NCBI GenBank assembly: GCA_910579105.1
Contig: CAJTRT010000008.1
Location: 1,650-65,649 of the forward strand
Source: an uncultured Muribaculaceae bacterium
GTDB lineage: Bacteria; Bacteroidota; Bacteroidia; Bacteroidales; Muribaculaceae
Reading direction: 5' to 3'
DNA length: 64,000 nucleotides
In this document: piece after piece, positions 9,113-18,566 of the stretch
Layout of the letters: the number at the start of each line of letters is the position of its first letter
Position numbering within the stretch: position 1 is the first letter of the stretch
Program-made: the position numbers and the translations under genes
The notes under the pieces: model-generated
Databases searched by the model: none
Told to the model about the DNA's origin: nothing
What the model saw: the letters and a program-made list of their open reading frames with translations, nothing else

Positions 9113-11713
9113 ATGACAATGTACAAAAAACACGCGGCCCTGGCTGCCGCCCTCGCAATCCTCCCGTTGATGGCGACGGCAGCCCAGTATCCGATCAACT
9201 ACCCGCTTGACGCGAAGATCGACATTACCAACCGCTCCCTTCAAAGCGTGGTGCTCGCATCGCCGACCGACGGCGAGCAGACAATCGCCATAAACCAGGA
9301 ACAGGACAAGCTCCTCTACCACGACGCGACCAACCGCTGCTTCACCGCCGTGCCGGGCGAGACTGTCACCGCCTCCTTCAACTGGACCGGAGGCTGGATG
9401 CACGGCTACGTCTACCTCGACCGCGGCAACGACGGCTCCTTCGACTTCACCCTCGACGACTCGAAGCAGTTCGTCGACCGCGGCGACGTCATGGCCTACA
9501 CCAACTTCAACGGGACAAACAGTGCCGGGTCGCCAGCAAGCGGCAACTGCGGCTTCAACCCGCCGCAGTTCACCATCCCCGCCGACCTTCAGCCGGGTCT
9601 CTACCGCATGCGCTACAAAATCGACTGGAACTCCATCGATCCCGGGGGTAACACCGCCGAAGGCCTGGTGCACCAGCAGCTTATAACAGCCAACGCCGGT
9701 GCCATAGCCGACGTGATGGTTTATCTGCACAACGGCACCCGCGGGCTTGAGGTCAACGCCCCTAACTGCTCTGTGACCGGCCTGAACGGCGAGGTAGCCG
9801 AGGAGACCGCCATAACTCCCGGCCGCCCGTTCAGCCTCATAGTCCATCCCGACGAGGGATACCGCGTAAGCGCGATAAAGGTCAGCTGCGGCAACAAGCT
9901 CGACGTGCAGGACATTGAGTTCGCCAACACCGACATGGCCTACAAGGAAGCCTCGCTCCCCCTGTCGCAGATCGACGACAACATACTGACCATACCTGGC
10001 GCCTACACCTACGGCCGCGTGGTCCTCGAAATCGCGGTAGAGGAAGGCCGCGACCCGTCGCTCGACTATTATTCCTCCACCCTTTCAGGCACCAAGGACT
10101 GCGCTGGCATCACGCGCCTCTCTATGCCTTCCCCAAACAGGACCGACATCCTCGACATCGCGACCGACCAGCGGCACATTTTCAACGACACGAAAGCGCT
10201 CACGGCCGAAATTGGAACCGCAACCACGATATCCGCTGACTTCGACGGCCCGACCGGCGACCTCAGCCTGTACATCGACCTTGGCCAGACAGGCCAGTTC
10301 CCCGCGGAAGCGGCAGCTGCCTTTGCCGGAGGGGAGGCCTCGTTCACGCTACCCGCGACAGTGAAACCCGGAGTCTACCGCGCCCGCGTGGAAGCGAAAG
10401 GCACCTGCGCGGTAGATTTCCTGCTGAACGCCCATAACGCTTCCGCCGACATCCGCGCCGACATCCTCAACGGATACCTCGCCGGTGCCGCCGGCGCTAT
10501 CCTCCCTGCGACAGCGGCTTTCGGGCAGCCTCTCACCATAGAACCCAAAGCCACGCTTCCAGGCTTCCGGGGCGACAAGCTGACGGTGCGCCACGGCCAT
10601 AACGTCGCCGGGCGCCAGTACATCCGAGGCAACCGCCAGTGGGACGAGTTCGAGATACCCGCCGAAGGTTCCACAGAGCTCACGGCCGACGAGGTTGACG
10701 GAACCCTGTTCGTCATTGGCGAGCTTGCCGAGACCCCCGACAGCGAATGGACCCTCGTATGGCACGACGAGTTCAGCACCGACGAGATGGATGCCGACAA
10801 ATGGAGCTACCATCCCCGCAACTCAGCCGTATGGAACCGTTTCTGCGCCGTAGGCGACGAACGCCCCGTGGTCAACAAGTTCGAGGACGGACTTTACAGG
10901 TCATACTGCGTGAAGACCCCCGCCGAGTTCGCGACCGAACAGAAGGAGATGATTTCCGGAGCCATCTACACTTCCGGCAAGTTCTACCTCACCGGCGGCT
11001 ACATCGAGGCCCGCTGCAAAACCCTCCCGCACAAAGGCAACTTCCAGGCTTTCTGGATGATGCCGTCGAACCAAAGCTACGGCTGGCCCTCATGCGGCGA
11101 AATCGACATCTGGGAGCAGATCGACACCGAGAACATCGCCTACGGCTCACTGCATGACGCGTGGCGCTACCGCAACGACGCCGCCGTGGTCAACAAGTTC
11201 GGCACCATCAGCAAGCCATGCCCCTACTCCGGCGGCACCAAGTCGGGCGTCAACGCGGCCGAATGGCACGTCTACGCCATCGACTGGGATTCGGAGCAGA
11301 TAACCTGGCTGATTGACGGAGTGCCGTTCGCGACAGCCCGCAACCCCCACTACTCCGAAGGCAAGTGGACCGAGGATGTGACCTGGCCTTTCGACAAGGC
11401 GTTCTACATAATCTGCAACCAGTCGGTAGGAACCGGTTCCTGGGCCAAGGCCCCCGACCTCGATTTCACCTACCGCACCGACTTCGACTATGTGCGCGCC
11501 TATCAGAAAAAAGACCGCCTGAACTACTTCTCGATAGCCGACGGCCTCGTCGCCGGTGTCGACAACGTGATTTCTGACAACGACGCTCTCGACCCCGACG
11601 CCCCCGTTGAGTTCTACACCCTGCAAGGCATCCGCGTCAACCCCGAGAACCTCGCCCCAGGCATCTACATACGCCGCCAGGGCAAGAACGCGACCAAGAT
11701 CGCCATCAGGTAA
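9113..11713 (+). CDS. Secreted multidomain GH16 glycoside hydrolase (GEVED-like domains + GH16 + T9SS-like C-terminal tail)
   Basis: Signal peptide after MTMYKK, GYVYLDRGNDGSFD...PGLYRMR GEVED-like domain, catalytic GEIDIWE, C-terminal FYTLQG...PGIYI...K. Start moved from the ORF-track TTG at 9014 to the ATG at 9113 (9119 also possible). Confidence 0.88.
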   Translation: MTMYKKHAALAAALAILPLMATAAQYPINYPLDAKIDITNRSLQSVVLASPTDGEQTIAINQEQDKLLYHDATNRCFTAVPGETVTASFNWTGGWMHGYVYLDRGNDGSFDFTLDDSKQFVDRGDVMAYTNFNGTNSAGSPASGNCGFNPPQFTIPADLQPGLYRMRYKIDWNSIDPGGNTAEGLVHQQLITANAGAIADVMVYLHNGTRGLEVNAPNCSVTGLNGEVAEETAITPGRPFSLIVHPDEGYRVSAIKVSCGNKLDVQDIEFANTDMAYKEASLPLSQIDDNILTIPGAYTYGRVVLEIAVEEGRDPSLDYYSSTLSGTKDCAGITRLSMPSPNRTDILDIATDQRHIFNDTKALTAEIGTATTISADFDGPTGDLSLYIDLGQTGQFPAEAAAAFAGGEASFTLPATVKPGVYRARVEAKGTCAVDFLLNAHNASADIRADILNGYLAGAAGAILPATAAFGQPLTIEPKATLPGFRGDKLTVRHGHNVAGRQYIRGNRQWDEFEIPAEGSTELTADEVDGTLFVIGELAETPDSEWTLVWHDEFSTDEMDADKWSYHPRNSAVWNRFCAVGDERPVVNKFEDGLYRSYCVKTPAEFATEQKEMISGAIYTSGKFYLTGGYIEARCKTLPHKGNFQAFWMMPSNQSYGWPSCGEIDIWEQIDTENIAYGSLHDAWRYRNDAAVVNKFGTISKPCPYSGGTKSGVNAAEWHVYAIDWDSEQITWLIDGVPFATARNPHYSEGKWTEDVTWPFDKAFYIICNQSVGTGSWAKAPDLDFTYRTDFDYVRAYQKKDRLNYFSIADGLVAGVDNVISDNDALDPDAPVEFYTLQGIRVNPENLAPGIYIRRQGKNATKIAIR

Positions 11714-11733
11714 CACATCCTCTTACATCAGTT

Positions 11734-12600
11734 ATGAGACTACGCATTATTACGGCAGCCATGGCCGCCGCGGTAGCGGCAACGTTCAACTGCGAGGCGG
11801 CTCCCCCTTCCGCCTGTTCCACGCGGTGGGAGATGGTATGGAACGACGAGTTCGACACCCCCGAAATGGACACGGCGAAATGGGAATACAATCCCCGCGG
11901 CAGAGCCACCTGGAGCCGGTTCATCGCTACCGACCCCGCCGACCGCGAGACCGTCAACAAGTTCGGCGAGGGTGTGTACCGCTCGTTCTGCGTCGCGAAC
12001 CCCAACCCCGCGCCGGGCAACGAGATGATTTCCGGGGCGATCCGTTCCAAAGGGAAATTCCATATGCGCGGCTGCTATGTCGAAGCACGCTGCCGCACCC
12101 GCGCCCACACCGGCAACTTCCCCGCTTTCTGGCTCCTCCCAGCCGCCAGCGACAAGGGATGGCCCGTGTGCGGCGAAATCGATGTCTGGGAACAGATCGA
12201 CGACCAGCCGGTTGCCTACCAGACACTGCACCACGCCATGCGCTACCCCGACCACCCCAATTCTCGGAAATACTTCGAGCCGGTGGGAGTCGACAGCACC
12301 TATGTGGGTTGCGAGATTCCTGACATCGACCCGGGGCAATGGCACGTCTACGGAGTGGAATGGGACGCCGAGCACCTTACATTCTATATCGACGGCAAGG
12401 AGACATACACCGTCGAGAACCCGCACTTCTCCGCCGGCAGCTGGACCGAGGACGTGACCTGGCCTTTCGACCAGGAGTTCTATCTGATTCTGAACCAGTC
12501 GGTCGGCAACGGCTCCTGGGCGAAGGAATACGATCCCGCCTTCGAGTATATGACCGAGTTCGACTACGTCCGCGCCTACCGCCGGGCCGAACCCCGGTAG
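11734..12600 (+). CDS. GH16 glycoside hydrolase, single domain
   Basis: Signal peptide, W.MVWNDEF, PAFWL, WP..GEIDVWE, WHVYGVEW, DYVRAY. Confidence 0.9.
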   Translation: MRLRIITAAMAAAVAATFNCEAAPPSACSTRWEMVWNDEFDTPEMDTAKWEYNPRGRATWSRFIATDPADRETVNKFGEGVYRSFCVANPNPAPGNEMISGAIRSKGKFHMRGCYVEARCRTRAHTGNFPAFWLLPAASDKGWPVCGEIDVWEQIDDQPVAYQTLHHAMRYPDHPNSRKYFEPVGVDSTYVGCEIPDIDPGQWHVYGVEWDAEHLTFYIDGKETYTVENPHFSAGSWTEDVTWPFDQEFYLILNQSVGNGSWAKEYDPAFEYMTEFDYVRAYRRAEPR

Positions 12601-12621
12601 CACTTATGACACAAGCCCCAC

Positions 12622-12708
12622 ATTGTAGGGACGCACGGTTCGTGCGTCCGATAGCAGACTGACAATCAGACGCATATAATCGGACGCACGACCGTGCGTC
12701 CCTACAAT
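12622..12708. repeat. Inverted pair of GTAG-type REP palindromes (REPIN/BIME-like)
   Basis: ATTGTAGGGACGCACGGTTCGTGCGTCCGAT ... ATCGGACGCACGACCGTGCGTCCCTACAAT; the same unit recurs at 43074 and 49310. Confidence 0.85.
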
Positions 12709-12742
12709 CCTGATAACGAGACAGAGACCTCGCAGCCAAGAC

Positions 12743-12778
12743 AAAAAAGCGGGGGCGCCTGGTAAGAGGCGCCCCCGC
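12743..12778 (-). terminator. Rho-independent terminator of the LRR gene
   Basis: GCGGGGGCGCCT / AGGCGCCCCCGC stem followed by a T6 tract on the minus strand. Confidence 0.8.
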
Positions 12779-12846
12779 CCACTTGGGGGTCTATATGAAG
12801 AGCGGGTTGCCGTGTGTTGGCTTATCCGTCCGCCGCGGAACCACGG

Positions 12847-13905
12847 TTAGTAGTTCCACTGGCAGGCGATCATTCTCAGCGAGTTGTCGCCCATTGTGCG
12901 GAGGTCGTTGATCATGTTGTTTCGGCAGTTGACGTAGACAAGAGCCTGGTCGAAGGAAACGTCGAGCATGGTCAGCTGGTTGTTGTTGCAGAGCACGCGC
13001 TGCAAGAACGTCTGGTTGCTGAGGGTCAGCTGGGTGAGGTCGTTGTAGGAGCAGTCGACGAAGAGCAGCTGCGGGCAGTTGTCAACGGTCAGCGACGTCA
13101 GGTTGTTGTAGGAGCATACCAGGTCGAGCAGTGCAGTGCAGTCGCGCATCGCGAGACCCTGCATGTTGTTGTCGGAGCAGATGAACGAGCTGAGAGCGGG
13201 GAGGCCGCTGACAATCATGTTGGAGATTTCATTGTCGTCGACATTGAGGTTCTGCAGGTTCTCAAGCCCCACGAGTGTTATGCCTGTGAGCTTGTTATAG
13301 CCGCAGTAGAGGTTTTTCAGAGCGGTGCAGTTCTCAACCTTGAGGTTCTCGAGGTGGTTGCCCTGGCAGTTCAGGGTTTTGAGCGTGGAGGAGTTGGCCA
13401 CGTCGAGCGACACCAGGTAGTTGTTGGAGACGTTGAAGGTGGTCAGCAGCGGGGTGGCGCTGAGGTCGATCTCGGTCAGGCGGTTCTTGTAGATGTTAAG
13501 GGTTACGAGGGCGGAGCATCCTGTGAGGTCGGCCACCTTGATCATGTTGCGCGATGCGTTGAGGTTGCTGAGCGCGGCGTCGCCGGAAAGATTGATCGAG
13601 GTAATCTTGTTGCGGGAAACGTTCAGAGTCTCGAGGGAGGTGAAACCGGTCAGCGAGAGGTCGCCGGCCAGGTGTTTATCCTTCCACTCGATTGATTTGA
13701 CGCGGCCGTTCTCAATGGTCACGCCTTCCCAGGTGGAAGGGGCGTTAAGGTCGGTAATTTTGAGGGCTTGCGCGTTCGTACCGTCCTTTTCGGCGGGCAT
13801 CGACAGGAACGCCTTGAGCTGTTTCAGCTCGTTCTTGTCAATCTTCTGTGCGAAAACCGTCATGCAACCCAGCATGAGAGTAATCATTAAAATCGCTTTC
13901 TTCAT
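12847..13905 (-). CDS. Exported leucine-rich repeat protein
   Basis: Signal peptide MKKAILMITLMLGCMTVFA, then regular ~21-aa LxxLxCxxNxL repeats; start set at the ATG at 13905. Confidence 0.88.
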   Translation of the reverse strand: MKKAILMITLMLGCMTVFAQKIDKNELKQLKAFLSMPAEKDGTNAQALKITDLNAPSTWEGVTIENGRVKSIEWKDKHLAGDLSLTGFTSLETLNVSRNKITSINLSGDAALSNLNASRNMIKVADLTGCSALVTLNIYKNRLTEIDLSATPLLTTFNVSNNYLVSLDVANSSTLKTLNCQGNHLENLKVENCTALKNLYCGYNKLTGITLVGLENLQNLNVDDNEISNMIVSGLPALSSFICSDNNMQGLAMRDCTALLDLVCSYNNLTSLTVDNCPQLLFVDCSYNDLTQLTLSNQTFLQRVLCNNNQLTMLDVSFDQALVYVNCRNNMINDLRTMGDNSLRMIACQWNY

Positions 13906-14064
13906 AATAAATAGTTGTTTTGAACCAAGTTCTGTTAGGAGTTTTTGTACATTATAAACACACCTTGAAAGAAAAAGGTTGGCCTCCCCGCGAAAAAAAC
14001 TCGGAAGGCGGTTGAAGTAGGCCACATTTCAGCTAACTTCGCGTCAAAGAACAAACCACCGCCT

Positions 14065-15240
14065 ATGGCAGCAGAAACAATCCATTCAGCCTCAAAACCG
14101 AGGTTTGAAATTCTTGACGGACTGCGAGGCGTGGCCGCTATGATCGTGGTCGCGTTTCATCTTTTTGAGACCTATTCGTCCGGGCCAAGTGACCAGATTC
14201 TCAATCACGGATATCTCGCTGTGGATTTCTTTTTTGTCCTGTCGGGATTTGTGATCGGATATGCCTACGATGACCGCTGGCAACGGATGTCTACCTGGAA
14301 TTTCTTCAAACGCCGTCTGATCCGCCTGCAGCCGATGGTGGTGCTGGGCACTCTGATAGGGGCTTTTTGGTTTTATTTCAGCGCGGCACCCGGGTTTGAA
14401 CTCGTAATGCGCACTCCCTGGTGGAAACTTATGTTGATAATGGTGCTCGGCTGCATAATGTTTCCCACACCTCCCTCGATGGATATCAGGGGGTGGAAAG
14501 AAATCAACTCGCTCAACGGAGCGCAATGGTCGTTGCTGTGGGAATACATCGCCAATATACTATACGCACTGTTTGTCAGACGGTTCAGCAAGTTTCTCCT
14601 CGCGCTTTTCGTGTTCCTTTCAGCGTTTCTGACAATCGACATCGCTATGAACATCGACACATTCGGGCTGCTGGAAGCACGCTGTTATGCCAAATACACT
14701 GTAATCGGCGGATTCGGGCTCACCCCTGACCAGATATACATAGGCATTTCCCGTTTGCTCTACCCGTTCTTCGGAGGACTTCTGCTTTATCGCATGGGCA
14801 AATGGCGTATAAATCTCCGTAAAGGGGGAATGACTATTTGCTCCCTTGCCGTTGCCGCCACCCTTGTCACACCGCATATAGGGGGCGACAATCATGAATG
14901 GCTCAACGGACTGTATTGTGCCGTTATAATCCTGCTCGTATATCCAGCCATCGTGGCCGCGGGAGCGGGAAGCGAGCTAAAAGGAAGAACGACAACGGCA
15001 GTCTGCAAATTCCTGGGAATGATTTCCTACCCGCTATATATCACCCATTACCCTATGATCTATGTCCAGATGAACTGGGCCGCGCGACACGCCGACGCGC
15101 CTCTCGGCACACACATCTGGGTAGCCGCCAGCATATTCACCGCGTCAATAGCCGTGGCATACGCGAGTGTCATAGTATATGACATCCCGGTGCGCGAATG
15201 GCTTTCTGAAAAATTCATCTACCCGAAGAAAAACAAATAG
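14065..15240 (+). CDS. Acyltransferase 3 family (OafA-like) membrane acyltransferase
   Basis: LDGLRGVAA..V...H, AVDFFFVLSGFV, RRLIRL.P, WSL..E, LG.ISYPLY..H; ~10 TM segments. Confidence 0.92.
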   Translation: MAAETIHSASKPRFEILDGLRGVAAMIVVAFHLFETYSSGPSDQILNHGYLAVDFFFVLSGFVIGYAYDDRWQRMSTWNFFKRRLIRLQPMVVLGTLIGAFWFYFSAAPGFELVMRTPWWKLMLIMVLGCIMFPTPPSMDIRGWKEINSLNGAQWSLLWEYIANILYALFVRRFSKFLLALFVFLSAFLTIDIAMNIDTFGLLEARCYAKYTVIGGFGLTPDQIYIGISRLLYPFFGGLLLYRMGKWRINLRKGGMTICSLAVAATLVTPHIGGDNHEWLNGLYCAVIILLVYPAIVAAGAGSELKGRTTTAVCKFLGMISYPLYITHYPMIYVQMNWAARHADAPLGTHIWVAASIFTASIAVAYASVIVYDIPVREWLSEKFIYPKKNK

Positions 15241-15291
15241 CGCCCGGCTCATTCGCGGCCACCAGCACTAATCCGAGCGATGTTCAGCCTG

Positions 15292-15921
15292 TCACTCGAA
15301 GCCGGGGAGAACCGGGTCGGGCAGCAGGCGGAACGAGAGCCGGTGGTAGGGAGACGGCCCGTTTTCGGCGATTGCGGCGCGATGGTCGCGCGTGGGATAG
15401 CCTTTGTTTATCCGCCAGCGGTATGCGGGATATTCAGCGTCGAGGCGCTCCATCAGCTCGTCGCGGTGGGTCTTGGCCAGCACTGATGCCGCCGCGATGT
15501 TGCCGAAGCGGCCGTCACCCTTCACAAAAGTCTCGCACGGCAGGGCGCCGTAGGGCTTGAAGCGGTTCCCGTCGACAATCACGCGGAGTGGCCGGGGGAA
15601 GAGAGCGTCCAGAGCGCGGTGCATGGCCTCGATCGAGGCGTTAAGGATGTTCATGGAGTCAATCTCGGCAGGGGAGCACCAGGCCACGGCCCACGCAAGA
15701 GCCTCCGCCTCGATAATGGGGCGCAGCAGCTCGCGGCGGCGTTCGGTGAGCTGCTTCGAATCGTTGAGCCAGGGATGATGGAAGTCGTCAGGAAGTATCA
15801 CAGCCGCCGCCGCGACCGGCCCGGCGAGGCATCCGCGGCCCGCCTCGTCGCATCCGGCCTCCATCGCCGAGAACACATGGCAGTTTGGCAGCGGCGATCC
15901 CGGTTCAGTGGATTCTTTCAT
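15292..15921 (-). CDS. rnhB: Ribonuclease HII
   Basis: GCDEAGRG.LAGPV, DSKQL, DGN, KGD...IAAASVLAK, NKGYPT..H. Start uncertain. Confidence 0.95.
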   Translation of the reverse strand: MKESTEPGSPLPNCHVFSAMEAGCDEAGRGCLAGPVAAAAVILPDDFHHPWLNDSKQLTERRRELLRPIIEAEALAWAVAWCSPAEIDSMNILNASIEAMHRALDALFPRPLRVIVDGNRFKPYGALPCETFVKGDGRFGNIAAASVLAKTHRDELMERLDAEYPAYRWRINKGYPTRDHRAAIAENGPSPYHRLSFRLLPDPVLPGFE

Positions 15922-15938
15922 CCGGTTGGATCGCAAGG

Positions 15939-17066
15939 TCATAGGGGCTTGCGGAATGTGGCGCGTCGGCGGTGCAGACGGTGGTCGAAATAAGCCCACT
16001 GGTTCTGCACCGCGGTATTGTCTTCCAGCTCCAGGTTGGTCTCTGCATGCTTGAAACCGTACTTGTTATAGTATGGTATAAGGTCAGCGAACAGCAGGGC
16101 GTTGACCCCCTTGTTCTGGTACTCGGGAGCCACGGCGATCAGCAGAAGGTCGACCGCGTCAGACTTGCCGCGCAACGCTTTCAGCAGGTGGCTCCAGCCG
16201 AAGGGGAACAGGCGGCCGCCACTCTTGCGCAGAGCCTGCGAGAACGACTGGATCGAGATGCCTATGGCTATCAGCTTGTCGGCGGCATCGGTCACCACCG
16301 TCACCAGGTCGAGGTTTATGATGCTGAGATACATCTCGATATAATAATCTATCTGCTTGGGGGTCAGCGGTGAGTAGCCATAGAGCTTGTCGTACGCGCG
16401 GTTGATCAGCTCGAAAAGAGCGACGCCGTACTCCTCCTTGATTTTCTTGCGGGAAGTGTATTTCTTGACCTTGAGGTTCTCGCGACGCTTCACAATGTCG
16501 GCGATGCGCTGGTATTTCTCTGGAATTTGTTCCGGCACCTTGATGTAATATTCCACCCATCCGGCATCCTTCCGGAAACCCATCCGCTTGATCTGGTCAA
16601 CATAGTAGGGGTGGTTGTATATGGTGGCCATTGTGCCCATCTCGTCATAGCCGAAAGTCAGCATGCCCTCGTGGTCCATGTCAGAAAAACCCATCGGCCC
16701 CACAATAGAGGTCATCCCCTTTGAGCGCCCCCAGTCGCTGACTGCCTTGAACAGGGCGTCGACAACCTCGTCGTCGTCGATAAAATCCACAAAGCCGAAC
16801 CGCAGGTCGGCCGAGCCGGTGCGCCCGTTAACGATGGTGTTTATTATGCCCGTGATACGCCCGACCGGCTTTCCGTCGCGGTAGGCCATGAAGCACCGCG
16901 CCTGGCAGTGGTCGAAGGCGGGGTTTTTCCCGGGCGAGAGGGTGTTGACGTCATCGGCCATCAGCGGCGGGACGTAGCACGGATTATCCTTATAAAGTGA
17001 ATTGCCGAAAGCGACATACTTGCGCAGGTTGCCGCGGGTAGGCTCTATTGCTTTTACTTCGATCAT
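15939..17066 (-). CDS. GNAT-fold N-acetyltransferase-like protein (YghO-like)
   Basis: GRI.GI.N, RFGFVDF.DD..V..ALF, GPMGF, V.PEYQNKGV, LEDN; two-GNAT architecture. Confidence 0.75.
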   Translation of the reverse strand: MIEVKAIEPTRGNLRKYVAFGNSLYKDNPCYVPPLMADDVNTLSPGKNPAFDHCQARCFMAYRDGKPVGRITGIINTIVNGRTGSADLRFGFVDFIDDDEVVDALFKAVSDWGRSKGMTSIVGPMGFSDMDHEGMLTFGYDEMGTMATIYNHPYYVDQIKRMGFRKDAGWVEYYIKVPEQIPEKYQRIADIVKRRENLKVKKYTSRKKIKEEYGVALFELINRAYDKLYGYSPLTPKQIDYYIEMYLSIINLDLVTVVTDAADKLIAIGISIQSFSQALRKSGGRLFPFGWSHLLKALRGKSDAVDLLLIAVAPEYQNKGVNALLFADLIPYYNKYGFKHAETNLELEDNTAVQNQWAYFDHRLHRRRATFRKPL

Positions 17067-17075
17067 TTCAGAGAT

Positions 17076-17867
17076 TTATTCAGTAGCAGTTTGGACGGCC
17101 CTGGTGCCTGTGCCGACGGGAAGCGGCCTCACGGAGAGCCACCCGAGCACAAAGGCCATTATTACGAGAAAAACGGTGATCACAATGTAGACGCGCTTGT
17201 TGGAATGGCCGGCCAGGGCCATCTTCACGTCGGTCACGTCGCGGTATGGACGCCCCTTGGGATTGGCGCACCGCTGTGCCACGCGGTTGAGACGCGGGTC
17301 GCGGTCGCCGGTGGCGCGGAGCACTTCGCCAAGCACCCTCCCATAGGAAGCGAGGTCTTCGGAAATATCCGCCGGGCTGAGATGTGAACGCTGGTCGAAG
17401 CCTACGTCGATAACCTTCAGGTTGCGGATGTTTTCGGTGAAGATTATGGTTTCGGGGCGTATCGGGTGATGCACGATATGGTTCTTCTGGATGTAGGCGA
17501 CCGCGTCGAGAAGCTGGTTGACGACCTTCTCCTGGATGTCGGGGGTGATTTTGCCCTCATCGATCAGAGTGCGGAGCGAGTCGCCGTAGACGTCATCGGT
17601 GATTATGCATCGACCCAGGCCCGGAACTTCCTCGAAGTCATTGATCATCACGATATTGGGGTGAGCGAGATTATAGCGGACGTCAAATTCCTTCTCGATC
17701 ATTTCGCGATATTCGGGCTTGTCGGCCAGTTCGGGACGCAAGGTTTTGAGCATCACCCATTTGCCATGCTTCTTGGCTGTATAGACGTGGTAAAACTCCT
17801 CGTCCCATTTTGGCAGGTGCTCGATCTCGGTCCACTTCGGTTTTGAAATGTCAGGCATGGCAGTCAC
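17076..17867 (-). CDS. Ser/Thr protein kinase-like protein (probable pseudokinase) with C-terminal TM anchor
   Basis: VMLK, KEF...L.HPNIV, and kinase-fold spacing; catalytic loop reads HHPIRPETI and DFG reads DVG; hydrophobic C-terminal helix. Confidence 0.8.
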   Translation of the reverse strand: MTAMPDISKPKWTEIEHLPKWDEEFYHVYTAKKHGKWVMLKTLRPELADKPEYREMIEKEFDVRYNLAHPNIVMINDFEEVPGLGRCIITDDVYGDSLRTLIDEGKITPDIQEKVVNQLLDAVAYIQKNHIVHHPIRPETIIFTENIRNLKVIDVGFDQRSHLSPADISEDLASYGRVLGEVLRATGDRDPRLNRVAQRCANPKGRPYRDVTDVKMALAGHSNKRVYIVITVFLVIMAFVLGWLSVRPLPVGTGTRAVQTATE

Positions 17868-17872
17868 TGGTT

Positions 17873-18541
17873 TTATTGGTTAGACCCGGCGCTCCTGCGG
17901 GCCAGGAACTGCGCTTCGCGGGTATTGTCGAAATAGAGGATGTGCTGGCGGTCGCTTTCAGGAAAAGTCACTTTTATCGCGTCGACATCGCCGACCTTCG
18001 TACGCCCGACAATCACGCTGATTCCGAGCACATTCCGGAGCAGGCGCCCTATGTCGGCCGACGATATTACCTTGAACGGCGAGTCAGGAGTGGTCCCCCG
18101 GCCGCTTTCGAGTATGGCGGTGGCGATCATGTCGCACCGCAGGCCGAGGTTCGCGGCCCTTAGCCCGGGTCTCTCCCCCGCCCCGCTCTCGGCAGCGGCG
18201 AGCGCCATCACGCTCAGGTCTAGCGACACAGGGTTCAGCACCAACGCGTCGGGGGTGAGCAGGGCCACCCTCTCGTAATCCTTCACAGCGAACGCTTCGG
18301 AAATGCCGTCGAAGGTCTCGCGGGGATCATAGTCGGGGGTAAACGAGTACCCGTAGTACACTGTCGCCAGCTCCGGGGTCGTAAGCGTGGTGTCGCCGGC
18401 GACGAAGCGGTTCAGCAGGGCGCGGTAGCGGTCGGGGTGCATCGCGACCTCCACCTGCATCGCGTTATAGTCCACGCCCCGCGCCATGAACGCGGTAGCG
18501 AGAAGCAGGAGCAAGACAAAGAGCGGCTTATGGCGGTTCAT
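17873..18541 (-). CDS. Exported protein, DUF4919-like
   Basis: Signal peptide; Y..LL.RF...DTTLT..E....YYG..F.PDY.P and I..SG.G....PF.VI patterns. Confidence 0.7.
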   Translation of the reverse strand: MNRHKPLFVLLLLLATAFMARGVDYNAMQVEVAMHPDRYRALLNRFVAGDTTLTTPELATVYYGYSFTPDYDPRETFDGISEAFAVKDYERVALLTPDALVLNPVSLDLSVMALAAAESGAGERPGLRAANLGLRCDMIATAILESGRGTTPDSPFKVISSADIGRLLRNVLGISVIVGRTKVGDVDAIKVTFPESDRQHILYFDNTREAQFLARRSAGSNQ

Positions 18542-18566
18542 CTGTTTTCGTTAGTTCTGTGCGGAA

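Noticed and set aside
12622..12708. Possible mini CRISPR array
   Set aside because: The units are inverted rather than direct, are dispersed as REPs, and no cas genes are present.
12790..12850. LRR gene ending mid-repeat, possible truncation or pseudogene
   Set aside because: Downstream frames show no further LRR pattern and a strong terminator follows, so the end is likely natural.
12814..13695. Repetitive plus-strand 293-aa ORF
   Set aside because: It is the antisense mirror of the LRR gene's repeats.
14065..15240. Acyltransferase gene as a mobile element because of its lower GC
   Set aside because: No terminal repeats, target duplication or mobility gene; composition alone is insufficient.
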